From Octopus sinensis (Eukaryota), in NCBI RefSeq assembly GCF_006345805.1, contig NC_042999.1, forward strand, positions 119,598,001-119,662,000: a stretch of DNA of 64,000 bases, in the 5' to 3' direction. The notes below the pieces were generated by a model. The model was not told the origin of the DNA and made no database searches. It saw nothing but the letters and a program-made list of their open reading frames with translations. The translations under genes and the position numbers were made by a program. Shown piece by piece: positions 39,980 through 52,661 of the stretch (its first letter is position 1; every line of letters starts with the position of its first letter).

Positions 39980-40390
39980 ATCATCATCATCATCGTTTAA
40001 CGTCCGTTTTCCGCGCTAGCACTGGTTGGACGGTTCGACCGGGGTCTGAGAAGCCAGGGCTGCACCAGGCCCCAGCCTGATCTGGCAGTGTTTCTACAGC
40101 TGGATGCCCTTCCTAACGCCAACCACTCCACGAGTGTAGTGGGTGTTTTTTACGTGCCACCGGCACAGGTGCCAGGGGAGTCTGGCATCGGCCACGATCG
40201 GTTGGTGCTTTTAACGTGCCACCAGCACGGAAGCCAGCCAAGGTGGCGCTGGCATCGGCCACATTCGGATGGTGCTTTTTATGTGCCACCAGCACAGAAG
40301 CCAGTCGAGGTGGTGCTAGCATCGGCCACGTTCGGATGGTGCTTTTTATGTGCTACCGGCATAGGTATCACAACTACTATTTCCATTGAT
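39980..40390 (-). mobile_element. RTE 3'-UTR fragment / RTE-tailed SINE (young)
   Basis: (TGA)n tail, GCATCCAGCTGTAGAAAC, repeated GTGCCGGTGGCACGTAAAAAGCACC units. Related copies at 43060-43535, 63020-63420 and a fragment at 55460-55540. Confidence 0.85.
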
Positions 40391-40429
40391 ATACATATAT
40401 ATAATATATATATATACATATAAATGCTG

Positions 40430-40600
40430 ACAAGAATGTGTAGTAAGAAGTTTGCTTCCTAATTACATAAATTTGGGTTTAGTCTAATTGTGTAGTGTGT
40501 TTCCTCTTTGTCAAGTGTTTCTACAATAGACCCAGGCCCACCAAAGCCTTGTGAGCGGAATTGTGGATTTGGCAGAGAACAACTGAAAGACACCCATCGT
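40430..40600 (+). mobile_element. Decayed SINE family-2 head
   Basis: GTGTAGTAAGAAGTTTGCTTCC..CAAGTGTTTCTACAATAG..CCAAAGCCTTGTGAG..AACTGAAAGACACCCATCGTATATA. Confidence 0.7.
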
Positions 40601-41214
40601 ATATATATATATATATATAAATGTATATGTATATGTATATATGTATATAGGACAATAGTTTCAGCGTCAAGCCTATGTGAACTGTAGGTTAGCTCAAAAT
40701 ATGTTTGTGGCATATTTCATCTTCTAATCGGAAATTCACCGCAGTTACTGTGGAGAAAAAAATTCTCTCTTTTACACCTTTTTACAATAAGAGAGAACTT
40801 TTCTCCATGATAACTGCTGTGAACTTGCTTTTAGAAGTTGAAATATGTCACAAACGTATTTTGATTAACCTAAAGTTCACTTACATATATATGTGTGTGT
40901 GTGTGTGTGTGTGGTGTGTGTGTGCGTGTGCGTGTGTGTGTGCGCATGTGTGTATGTATGTATGTGCATGCATATATGTGTGCGAATGAATGTGTTTGTG
41001 TCTCTTTGTCTTGATATTGAATGCTGGTTATAAATGAGAATAACAGTTATACAAGATGTGTCACTCATTTCCAATATTCTGTGATCTGGGCTTGTTTAGG
41101 CGCTTGTTTGGAAACAAGTGAGGTTTGGTGACAGGAAAGGCATCCCATTGAAGAGAATCTGCCTTAAATAAACTCTTTGCAACTCATGCAAGTATTGGAA
41201 AAGTAGATGTTAAA

Positions 41215-41253
41215 TGATGTTAATGATGTTGATGTTAATGATGTTGATGTTGT

Positions 41254-41299
<46 letters not shown>

Positions 41300-41346
41300 A
41301 TTGATGATATTGATGATGATGCTGATGATGTTGATGATGATGATGT

Positions 41347-41396
<50 letters not shown>

Positions 41397-41400
41397 TTGA
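41215..41400. repeat. (GAT)n microsatellite
   Basis: Directly visible. Poly-D/M/H/I ORFs here are artefacts. Confidence 0.95.
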
Positions 41401-42106
41401 TGGTGTGTGTGTGTGTGTGTTCTGGATTTTGTTTCAATCCTGTGTTGAGATTTCATCCCTCTGTACCTTTATATATTGTTTCTGGATACACTGCTTATAA
41501 ACCCACTGTCTTTATGGGTTTTAGAACTCCAGATAGACCAGTTTGCCTACATAATGCATTTTTGGAATCTATTTCAAATAAAGGTTATTGGTTTATTATC
41601 AGTGCATTATTACAATGCTCTATAGTTCTACAAAATCTATAGACTTTTAGCCAGCACTGTGTATAGACAATTTGCATGTATAATAGAGTCTTGGCATTCT
41701 TGGATATGCTAATTTGCATATATAATGCATTATTGGTAAAACAATGCTAAAGCGCCAGTAATTTATTAATCAAAGTAGCTGCCAAGAATGTATGAGGTAT
41801 GCAAATTGATTCGTCCATTTCACTTAAGCCATCAATAACAACGAGTTAATAAGCAATACATCCACGGCTATTTAGAAATGGTGGTCATTTCAGATGAAAT
41901 CCCATCACAGAACTGAAAATAATCTGGCTAATCCTTTTTTAATATTGTCCATGTTGTAAGAAGTATTATAAAGGCAACTTGTTTCCATCTGTGTACAGTC
42001 ACAGTTTTGGGAAAACCTATGTTCTATCGTAGTGTAGCTAGGTCATCATTGAAGCAATGCCCTATTAACATGCCAATAACATATATGCATATATATATAC
42101 ATATAT

Positions 42107-42198
<92 letters not shown>

Positions 42199-42364
42199 TG
42201 AGATAGGGGTTGTAAGTGCAACCCTCCATGGGATAACATATATCCAATATACTGCTAGTGAAGCACCCAACAAAGTTAATACATAAATGTTAAGAACTGC
42301 GATGCAGTTAATTCATTTACTGTATTATATGAGCAAAGGTAAAATGTTTTACCACAAATTAATA

Positions 42365-42730
42365 ATAAAAAATAAGAAAATGGAGAAATACATCTTAATC
42401 AATAATCAACTACTAGATAATACCCAATCACATAATTTATTAAACCACTACATATGAACATTAAGGTCAAACATAATATAGAACAAAACAATGTACATGA
42501 AAGAGTAATATGATACAATAAGTACAGTATGTATAAGTGAATACAAATAAATACAAATATAAATATAAACTACATCTTACAGCTGTTTCAGAATACCATT
42601 AAAGCTAGAAACTTTTCAGTACCCTGTCATACATATGTGTGTGCACGTGCATGTGTGCGTGTGTGTATGCATGTGTATTGTACTATTATTTGTGGAATCA
42701 GCATAAAAAGTATTCCATCAAGTGAGAGAT
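42365..42730 (-). mobile_element. Short PLE-type repeat with a degenerate hammerhead (copy A)
   Basis: 42365-42590 is homologous to 43698-43957. The minus strand keeps stem II GAAUAC/GUAUUC, GAAA-CAGCUG-UA and stem I AUCU/AGAU, but the CUGANGA core has decayed. Confidence 0.65.
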
Positions 42731-43697
42731 AAATATCATTTAGTAAAAGCATGATTTAAATATGAGCCTCTATAAATTTCATGCCCCTGATAATACAATA
42801 GTCAGAAAAGTTTGTATGATGCACCATGTATTTCCAGCAATCATTCAAGCTCATTTGTCTACTTTATATTACAAAAAGCATGAAATATCTAAATCCTATG
42901 TCTAGTAAATGATATACTAACATATCTGATCTATCTATCTATCAATCTGTGTCTCTATTTATGTTTATCTCTCTCTCTCTCACTCACACTCTCTGTGTGT
43001 GTATATATATATTATATATATATATATATATAGATACACACACACATATACATTTATATCATCATCATCATCATTTAACGTCTGCTAGCATGGGTTGGAC
43101 GGTTCAACTGGGGTCTGGGAGGCCAGAAGGCTGCACCAAGCCCAGTCTGATCTGGCAGTGTTTCTACAGCTGGATGCCCTTCCTAACGCCAACAACTCCG
43201 TGAGTGTAGTAGGTGATTTTTAAGTGCCACTGGCACAGGTGCCTGACGAGGCTAGCAATGGCCACGGTCGGATGGTGCTTTTTACGTGCCACCGGCACAG
43301 AAGCCAGTCAGGGCAACGCTGTCTACGGCCACGTTCGGATGGTTCTCTTATGTGCCACCGGCACTGGTATCACAGCTACAAATTCCACTGATGTTGATAG
43401 ATTACGATTTTGATTTTGATTTTTGATTTTTTGATTTTCACTTGCCTCAACAGGTCTTCACAAGTGGAATTTTGTGTCCCAAGAAGGAAAGGAACGCATA
43501 AGTGGGCTGGCTACATCCCAGGTAGAGGCCACGGGATTACACATGCATATATATATATATCTATATGTATATACATGTATATATATGTATGTATATATGT
43601 GTACATATATATTTATATATCTATGTATAGATATGTATATATATAAGTACACACCAATATATGTATAAATCTATGTATATATATTTGTATACATATA

Positions 43698-44070
43698 CAA
43701 AATAAGAAAATGGAGAAATACATCTAAATCAAATATCAATTACCAGATAATACTCAATCACATACTTTATTAAACCACCACATAAGAAACTATAGGGTTA
43801 AACATAAAAAAGTAGAGCAAAACAGTGTACATAAAGGAGTATACATAAAAAAGTGTACTTAAAAGAGTAATGTTATACAATAAGTAGAATACATATAAGA
43901 GAATATAAATATAAGTAAATATAAATATAAATATAGATTACACCTTACAGCTGTTTCGGCCTTGTAGATAAGTATGTCTCATTTTACTCATATTAGCCTT
44001 TTATGGTAGGTCAATATGTAGTTATAAATGAGACATTTACAAAAATATCATAAGGCCTCTTCGGAGATTA
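43698..44070 (-). mobile_element. Short PLE-type repeat with a hammerhead (copy B)
   Basis: Homologous to copy A; contains the hammerhead at 43942-44068. Confidence 0.7.
43942..44068 (-). ncRNA. Type I hammerhead ribozyme motif with a long stem II
   Basis: AUCU | CCGAAGA | GGCCUU..~90 nt..AAGGCC | GAAA | CAGCUG (palindromic stem III) | UA | AGGU. Stem II has a further 10-bp pairing AUGUCUCAUU/AAUGAGACAU. Predicted cleavage after A43946. Deviation from canonical core: U4 to C. Confidence 0.75.
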
Positions 44071-44699
44071 TGTGATATAAATCAGTCTATATATATATAC
44101 CTATATGGGTGCGGGTACATACCCATAATACATCATATACATATACATATGAGTACATATACTCACACTCCTATACACATAAATACATACATATACATAA
44201 TGATATAAATAATATAAATTAGTAAACATACATATGTTCCACATTCAATGTTACAGTTTTTCAACTTAATATTGTGATAATAAACATACACATATTAATA
44301 CTGTGACAATAAACATACACATATTAATACCTAAATGCAGATATACAGAATCAATAGTACATTATATTAATTCCTACTAATTTCTAAAGTGTCATTAAAG
44401 TTAGCATCATTATCATTGTCAATACCATTAATGCTACCAATATCATCATTCATATTATTATTAATAACGCTAATACTAGAAAAACAATTTATAGATTCCA
44501 TTATTAGCAATATAGTCACAATAGTACTACAATACCATGTAAAGTGTTAAATATCCGCATATACATACGAAGTATGAAGTACAAGCATTCTGTTTAGACT
44601 ACGTAAGGATCCATAGTTGCACATATGTACGTCCGAGGGTTTGTATGTATATATGTATATATAAATGTATGTATGTGGTGAGTTCAGCAAATATAAACA

Positions 44700-44856
44700 C
44701 TATGCAATATAAAGTGTTCTGTACTTTTCAATGCACTTTTTTGTTAAACTTCTGTGCAACTTTTCAATCACTCCATGTGCCATAGCAATTTCACTTGTTT
44801 CCTTCACAACTTCTGATGTAAAAGATCTGCTTTGGGCTATGGGTAATAATCTAAGT
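44700..44856 (-). CDS. Candidate terminal coding exon of an unidentified host gene
   Basis: Preceded on the minus strand by a pyrimidine-rich acceptor TTTTTTTTATTGTATTCAAAG|. Non-repetitive open frame LRLLPIAQSRSFTSEVVKETSEIAMAHGVIEKLHRSLTKKCIEKYRTLYIA*. No homolog recognised. Confidence 0.35.
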
Positions 44857-44976
44857 CTTTGAATACAATAAAAAAAAATTATAGCATACATATCTATTAT
44901 ACATTACACAAATCTTGCTATTCATGTATCTGCAAGAGCCTGCAAAGTAAAAATAATAATAATGATAATAATAATG

Positions 44977-45069
<93 letters not shown>

Positions 45070-45090
45070 TTGCTGATGATGATGTTGATA

Positions 45091-45135
<45 letters not shown>

Positions 45136-46692
45136 TAAATAGATAAAAGTCTTTCAAAGAGAAGTTGTATAAGAGACCAAAATACTGTGTGAATGAAAGT
45201 GCCAAATATCAAAATCTATTACAATCAAGAGAGAAGAAGCAAATGAGAGAGAGAGAGAGGGAAGGAGCGATAAAGAAAGAGAGAGAAGGAGTGATGAAGT
45301 GATTGGTGGCATGAGGCAGAGACAATGAGAGATTATGAACCATAGAATGAAAGAGAATCACGGCCTCAATATTGTTACTTAACCAACTTCAAAAAGCAGC
45401 CAAAAATCTCCTTAGGACCCCACCAACTATCCAAAAACAGAAAAATAAATATAAAAAAACGTAAAAGAAAGAAAAATGAAGCATTGCTTGATGTTTTCCT
45501 AAATATACTGTGTCAATACCTAAAAACAATCAAAGATCTGCATCTTCAGAGCTGACTTGGAGCTAAACAAGTACAGCTACAAGACCATGAGTGATATTAA
45601 CAATTAAGAGTAAATAAAGCAACTTTTACATAGTCACCTGACTTTATAATCTGTCTTTCTAATCTCCCTTTAAATAACATCCTTAAATAACACATTGAAT
45701 AATGTAGAGCTAAATAGATTGAGATGGCTATAACTTAAATGTCGTTTGTCATAAGTCTAACAGATCAAGGTTACGCAATAACAAATGGGAAATTAATGTA
45801 AGAATGAAAAAGAGAGGAGGAAAGTGAGATAGTGAATAAGAGAGAAAGTGTGTGTGAGAGCGAGAGAGAGAGAATAGAGAAAGAGAGAAAGAGAGAGAGA
45901 GAGTAACTGGTGAGCAAGAAAGAGAGAGAGAGAGTAACTGGTGAGCAAGAAAGAGAAGTAGATTAATTTTCCAGCATGAAAAAAGTATGTTTAATGATTA
46001 CGATGAAGAAGGAAAGAAAGACACAAAAGAATTACATTAACTCTTAACTTTCTATATGATACAGTACTACATGGAACTGCACTGGTCAGCCAGTTCAGAA
46101 AGGCATGATATCATTAGAATCATACAACCCTTATCCCCTCAGTTATTTATATCCTTCTACATGTTGGATATACAGATTTCATGAAGTAGGGATAGACACA
46201 ACTGTCTTCATACAATGTACTTCAAATTACTCCACTAAACATGATACTCCAGTAAGTATAAACTCTCAACGAACTCAATGTCTTCCTACAACTTCCATGA
46301 ACTCTCAATGACTCCAACGACTTCTCTCATTCTCAACCAATACACTACTCTTTATAAGAGTCCATTCTTCTAATCCCATAGGGGTATCAGTGACTCTCAC
46401 CACAACAGTACTGTAACAGAATTATTACAGGATTAGTTCTGCTTAAAGGATTTTCAACAGAAATTTGTTGCCTTGTTTTGGTGTTACTTCTTCACACAAT
46501 TATTTGTATTATTTTGAGCAGTTAGATAGGATAGTGATATAAAAAAAAAAATCAATAAAAATGTACGTATGGCATAAAATGACATGTGGTAGATGCATAG
46601 TTATGTCCCATTACATTTTGGGTTAAATATTACAATGAAAGACTCATTATCAAAACAGTCTTCATAAATTTTAAAAACTTGTTGGGTTCTCA

Positions 46693-46728
<36 letters not shown>

Positions 46729-47009
46729 TTATGGAGTTGAAACATTCAGGTATTGATGCTCATCTAACCTTTTTCTTTTCCCCAATGCTCTCATAAGGCA
46801 TGAACACACAAGGCTGCCTTGGAAGTCCCCATGGGTCTGGAGGCCTATTGCTAATCATTGAATATTATGGTTTGTTATTAACAAATTAATGTAAGGGCCA
46901 CAATGCATTGCTTTGCCCAGAGCCATTATAGGCCCTGCTTCCATTCCAAAAATATGTTAAGCTATAAATTTGTGCTTATATTTATGTTTTTACATACATC
47001 ATCTCATGA

Positions 47010-47395
47010 TACACCTGGAAATATCATCAGTGATATTTCTTGTGATCATTAGGTGCTTTGGCTCTTTCAACATTTAACACCCTCGCCTAGGTAATCCAGT
47101 CAGGGTTGATCAAACTCCAGCTAATGTCCAGTTAGCACTACCCATGGTAGTACCACCCTTCTAGGGCTCACACCTTCTGATCCACTGCCAGCTAACCTGA
47201 TGGCAACTACCTTTTGGCCCCTGTAATGCCAAGCAGGCTGTAAGCTCTGTAGAACTGGTCCAGAAATCCTTTGCATTCCACCTCAATACGATCACACTTT
47301 GTCTTTCATTGCTTTGACATAATTCCACTACCTCAGTATATTTCCTTCCCTTGCAACCTCCTCAATGTTGTCCCACCAGGGAAGCCAATTAACTA
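47010..47395 (-). mobile_element. Decayed 3' end of a HERO-like REL non-LTR retrotransposon
   Basis: Frameshifted LPW.DNIEE..KYTEVVE and EVECKGFLDQFYRAYSLLGITG. The 3' UTR TGATCAACCCTGACTGG..GGCGAGGGTGT..TGTTGAAAG..ATCACTGATGA resembles HERO 3' ends as I recall them. 9-bp hairpin GAAATATCA/TGATATTTC at 47018-47039. Confidence 0.6.
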
Positions 47396-48282
47396 TTAAT
47401 TCGGAAATAATTTGACAATGATTAATCATGAAATGTTAATTAAGTTATACCTTATGATAACAGTAAAAGATTTAGTCATTACTTGTACAGCTTTCATATC
47501 AGAAAGCGTATCTAACTTTAAATTTCAGATTATTCAATATTATTCAAGGCAGTGCCCCAGCATGGCCACAGTCAAATGACTTCAACAAATAAAAGATAAA
47601 AGATACGCTGATTAGATTATCATTAATTCATGATAATGTCTCATCATAACCAGACAAAAGAAATTTTGTCTGGTTCTTTACCTTTTATGGTATGCAGTGG
47701 TTATGTTGCTTTAGTATTATTTATACGCATAAAATATGTATAGCAAAAGAGGGAGTGCTTTAATTCACATTTCAAAAGTAATTATATGTGCAGGTGATTG
47801 TGTGTGGGAGGAGGCGTATCTGTGTGTGTATATATGCACAAGTAAATATCTGTGTAAGTATTTGCATATAAGTATGTGCATGTAGACACATATAGTATGG
47901 GATCACCTAAGTTCTCCGGTCAATGAGGTGCTTCCCAAAACCCTTATATTTAATTAACCACATCACATCACTTTGCATGTACTGCATTAGTGACAATGTT
48001 GTCTTTACCAACTGATGCTCTTGATAATACTAATGCATAATTTGCTTGCTGTTAAATGTGTTTATGGGAAAGTAGATGACAATAGTACTGGAATTAAGTA
48101 CATCTCTAAAGATATTAACATTCTCATTCTGATATCACGAAAGCGAAAATGAATTTGGTGAAAATGTGGAAAGAAAAGAAAAAGAAGGAAAGGAAAAGCA
48201 CAAATTGCCATTTAAAAATGTGTTTCTTAGAGATTTACTCTCCTTAATGCAATAAGGCAAGATACATAAACACATACTCATA

Positions 48283-48324
<42 letters not shown>

Positions 48325-48477
48325 GTAAGTATGGGTGTATATGTGCATGTATACATATACATATATATATTATGTATATAAGTGTATATATATATATGTG
48401 TGTGTGTGTGTGTATGTGTGGTGTGTGTGTGTATAAACACACACTTATATTATACATATATAATATATATATATATG

Positions 48478-48757
48478 TAAAAACTAAATTCACATTCAAT
48501 AGGGTATATACATACCATTTGCTTTAAACAGTGCCGTCACACCAAAACCACCAATTACTCACTATTAAGATACATATGGCCAATGCAATGAACATAACAG
48601 AAATATGCTTACCTTGCATGGAATACAGAAGTAAGGGATGTGTATATCTCAGGATCAAGCCTGTTTCTGTTATGTTCATTGCAGTGGTTTTGGAGTGATG
48701 GCTCTATTTATAGCAAGTGGTATTTATAAACCCTATTGAATCTGAATTTAGTTTTTA
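48478..48757. mobile_element. Foldback / MITE-like palindrome (280 bp)
   Basis: Left arm 48478-48603 is the reverse complement of right arm 48664-48757 apart from scattered mismatches and a ~32-bp extra segment (48552-48583). Innermost 20 bp are perfect (TGCAATGAACATAACAGAAA). Confidence 0.8.
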
Positions 48758-48793
48758 TTTTTACCTGTAAAGGTCTAAACTTCCTAGCCACCT

Positions 48794-48795
<2 letters not shown>

Positions 48796-48827
<32 letters not shown>

Positions 48828-50211
48828 TTTATTAATTGACATGAGTATTCCTTGTGATCACAATATAGCGGTGAAAGAATTTGACAAGATTAGTAAATAT
48901 AAAGACTTGCTAATAGAAATTGAAAAAATGTGGCATCTCAAGGCAACTACAGTACCAGTGATTGTAGGATCTCTAGGAATGATAAAAAAAAAAAGGTACT
49001 GAAACCTATTTGAAAAGGATTCCAAGCTTACCATCCATACAGGAAGTGCAAAAAATCGTATTAACTGGAATGGCTCATGTACTGAGAAGAGCACTATCAC
49101 TGTGAAAATAACATCCATCCATGAATTTATTTATTAATTTTTAATACATATTTTATCTGTGTGTGTAATCTGGGAATGCATACAATGAGCTTCTCTGCCC
49201 TAGGTGTATGGAAAACACTCGGTGAGAAACATAAGAAAATTTGAAGAAAGAAGGAAAAAACATAATAATAATAATAATAATATAATAATAATAATAATAA
49301 TGTTTATTAATTGACATGAGTATTCCTTGTGATCACAATATAGCGGTGAAAGAATTTGACAAGATTAGTAAATATAAAGACTTGCTAATAGAAATTGAAA
49401 AAATGTGGCATCTCAAGGCAACTACAGTACCAGTGATTGTAGGATCTCTAGGAATGATAAAAAAAAAAGGTACTGAAACCTATTTGAAAAGGATTCCAAG
49501 CTTACCATCCATACAGGAAGTGCAAAAAATCGTATTAACTGGAATGGCTCATGTACTGAGAAGAGCACTATCACTGTGAAAATAACATCCATCCATGAAT
49601 TTATTTATTAATTTTTAAATACATATTTTATCTGTGTGTGTAATCTGGGAATGCATACAATGAGCTTCTCTGCCCTAGGTGTATGGAAAACACTCGGTGA
49701 GAAACATAAGAAAATTTGAAGAAAGAAGGAAAAAACATAATAATAATAATAATAATATAATAATAATAATAATAATGTTTATTAATTGACATGAGTATTC
49801 CTTGTGATCACAATATAGCGGTGAAAGAATTTGACAAGATTAGTAAATATAAAGACTTGCTAATAGAAATTGAAAAATGTGGCATCTCAAGGCAACTACA
49901 GTACCAGTGATTGTAGGATCTCTAGGAATGATAAAAAAAAAAAGGTACTGAAACCTATTTGAAAAGGATTCCAAGCTTACCATCCATACAGGAAGTGCAA
50001 AAAATCGTATTAACTGGAATGGCTCATGTACTGAGAAGAGCACTATCACTGTGAAAATAACATCCATCCATGAATTTATTTATTAATTTTTAAATACATA
50101 TTTTATCTGTGTGTGTAATCTGGGAATGCATACAATGAGCTTCTCTGCCCTAGGTGTATGGAAAACACTCGGTGAGAAACATAAGAAAATTTGAAGAAAG
50201 AAGGAAAAAAC

Positions 50212-50260
<49 letters not shown>

Positions 50261-50268
50261 TAATAATG
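48796..50268 (+). mobile_element. Three tandem copies (475-bp period) of a 5'-truncated R4/Dong 3' end embedded in (TAA)n
   Basis: Units at 48827-49262, 49302-49737 and 49777-50212. Peptide LIDMSIPCDHNIAVKEFDKISKYKDLLIEIEKMW..PVIVGSLG..VQKIVLTG..HVLRRAL* (PD-(D/E)xK REL domain). The copies differ only in homopolymer lengths. Confidence 0.88.
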
Positions 50269-50678
50269 AATGCCCTGATGCAGTACCAGACAGTGGCTTT
50301 CCTGGCTTCTGATCTTAACTGATTCGAAGTGTTATCATGTACATTGTTTTGTCTTGGTATAAAAGATGGGCTACAGCAAATATTCTGCACAATACCACAG
50401 ATTTGCTTGTCAGTTGTTTTACCTTAACCAGTTGAGCATGTCCCTTAGTGGCTGACGATATGTGCATCTCTGATACCCAGCAGAAGTAGTGGGGGAAGCA
50501 TCATAGCCATGTGTTGAAAGGAATTCTTAGAGGTTTGGATAATTCACGTCTGGAAACATGGGGGGTTCGTTCAACATACTTAAACAATGACCGGTATACT
50601 GGGCTTTGTATATTTTACCCCAGTGTCACTTTGATGACATGCACTGCTCTCTCACTCAATGATAATAATAATAATTAC

Positions 50679-50748
<70 letters not shown>

Positions 50749-51089
50749 GGTAATAATACTTATTTCATTTAAATTATACTGGTTCATGATATCAACCTGT
50801 ATATAGACATATATATTTATACATTTCCTAATATATAGGTTGATAGATTATTAGAGATATATACATATATATATATATTTATAAATGAGTGTGAGTCGAA
50901 AATTATACATACTCTTGCTTTTTCAATGTATTTGCACAAAAGCAGGGGATAAACAAGTACGTTAATTTTGTTTATATAGTCTCCTTCCTTTTTGATAAAC
51001 TTGTCCAGCAGTCCACAAACTTGCATATTTCCTCAAAGAAGAAGGTTTGTAGTTGGCTGTGCAACCATTTAATGCTCCGCTTTCTTCCC

Positions 51090-51285
51090 ATCTTCATGGA
51101 AATGGTATTGTTTGTTTTAACCTTCAAATGACGCCACTCCGCTGGCTAGGTGAGCAGGTCAACATTCTCTCCTGATTGAAGGGGATGTTTTGTTCAAAAA
51201 CATGATGCGCCGCCTAGTCAGAGAATCAAACCCTCAATCTAACGATCATGAGTCCAATAGCCTAACCACTTGGCCACATGCCATC

Positions 51286-51287
<2 letters not shown>
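51090..51287 (-). mobile_element. tRNA-derived SINE (third head type)
   Basis: Minus-strand head GGCATGTGGCCAAGTGGTTAGG (A box)..GGGTTTGATTCT (B box). Confidence 0.65.
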
Positions 51288-51365
<78 letters not shown>

Positions 51366-51415
51366 ATAATATATATATATATAATATATATATAATATAT
51401 ATATATATAATATAT

Positions 51416-51458
<43 letters not shown>

Positions 51459-51485
51459 TTTATTTAAAGCAGCAGAAAATTCAAC

Positions 51486-51533
51486 AAAATCTGTTACTCT
51501 GAGTTTCTCGTTGCCGTTTATCAGACAGTTTTT
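51486..51533 (-). ncRNA. Minimal type I hammerhead motif (degenerate) downstream of the PLE ORF
   Basis: AAAAACUGU | CUGAUAA | ACG-GCAA-CGA | GAAA | CUC-A-GAG | UA | ACAGAUUUU. Carries a G8-to-A change and a stem II mismatch. Confidence 0.65.
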
Positions 51534-52661
51534 GCTAGAATGGAACCGATATATCAATTCAATCTAGACTCTTACAAACGCTACACCTTTAAAAAAATGG
51601 ACTTGTTTGATTGGCCCTTTAGAAATAACGGTCAATCTTCGAGCGATAAACAAAAAAAGCTCAAAAATATATGTATATATATATATATATAAAAAAATTA
51701 TAAAAATTATAAAATTCGAGGAAAAAACCTTACATTGAATAAAATACATATTGACGATAATGAAGAAAGTATAATTAATGCATAGAAATTAAAACCTATT
51801 ATAAATATTACACTGCAATACATATTTATATTAAAGTGTACATATATATATCAACATACACAGAAGGATGCGTGCAAACGCCATACATATACAGACGTAT
51901 AAATATAAATCTAAAATATACACATAAATGCATACGTACATATATGTCCGCAATCTATCTCGCACGCAAGTTAAAATCATCGATGTAGCGATTCTCATAT
52001 ACTGAGTAAAGCTTAAGTAAGGGGGACGTAAAGTTGCATCAGTATCAGTTAGAGAAAAAAACGAAAGAAAGGAAGAGAGAGAAAAAGGAACGAAGAAGGG
52101 GAAAGGAAAAAAGAAAAAGGAGGGGTGGGGAATAAAACGAAATAAGAAAAATTATGTAACAAGCTGTGTAGCCGCGTTATTGACTTATATGGAGACAAGT
52201 ATACAAATACACAAGTTCGAATGGATACATACACACACAGTCGTGTATATGTGTGCTTAAGCACAAACATACGCTCACTTACATATACACAGATACGCAT
52301 GCTTACAAATACATATTCATGGCTATACACATACTTATATCAAAATTCTAATTTTTGACAACATTGCTTTTTTTTAAAAAAGTGAGTGCAATAATAAAAA
52401 ATATATACGAAAGACATATAAAATAAAATATAACACCCTATTTGGATCATCTATAAATTAAAAATCAAGGTAATCCTATACAATACAATAACATGAAATA
52501 AACAAAGTCGAAGGTTTTTCCTAATGTATATGTAGAAATATAAGACTTTGCTATACGGAATGAAATCTGCATAGCGCGAAACACAATCCATCGTAGCGTT
52601 TACATACTAGTTCAAGAGTCAAAATCAAAATTTCAAAAATCAAAAATACAAAATATATACT

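Noticed and set aside
46105-46311. Plus-strand ORF with a possible exon ending CCA|GTAAGT
   Set aside because: Short, no recognisable homology, and no supporting neighbouring exons.
48796-50268. CRISPR-like or satellite array
   Set aside because: The units are a eukaryotic LINE 3' end, not short repeats with unique spacers.
51090-51287. tRNA gene
   Set aside because: A/B boxes are present, but there is no complete cloverleaf and it continues into a SINE body, so it is a SINE head rather than a tRNA.
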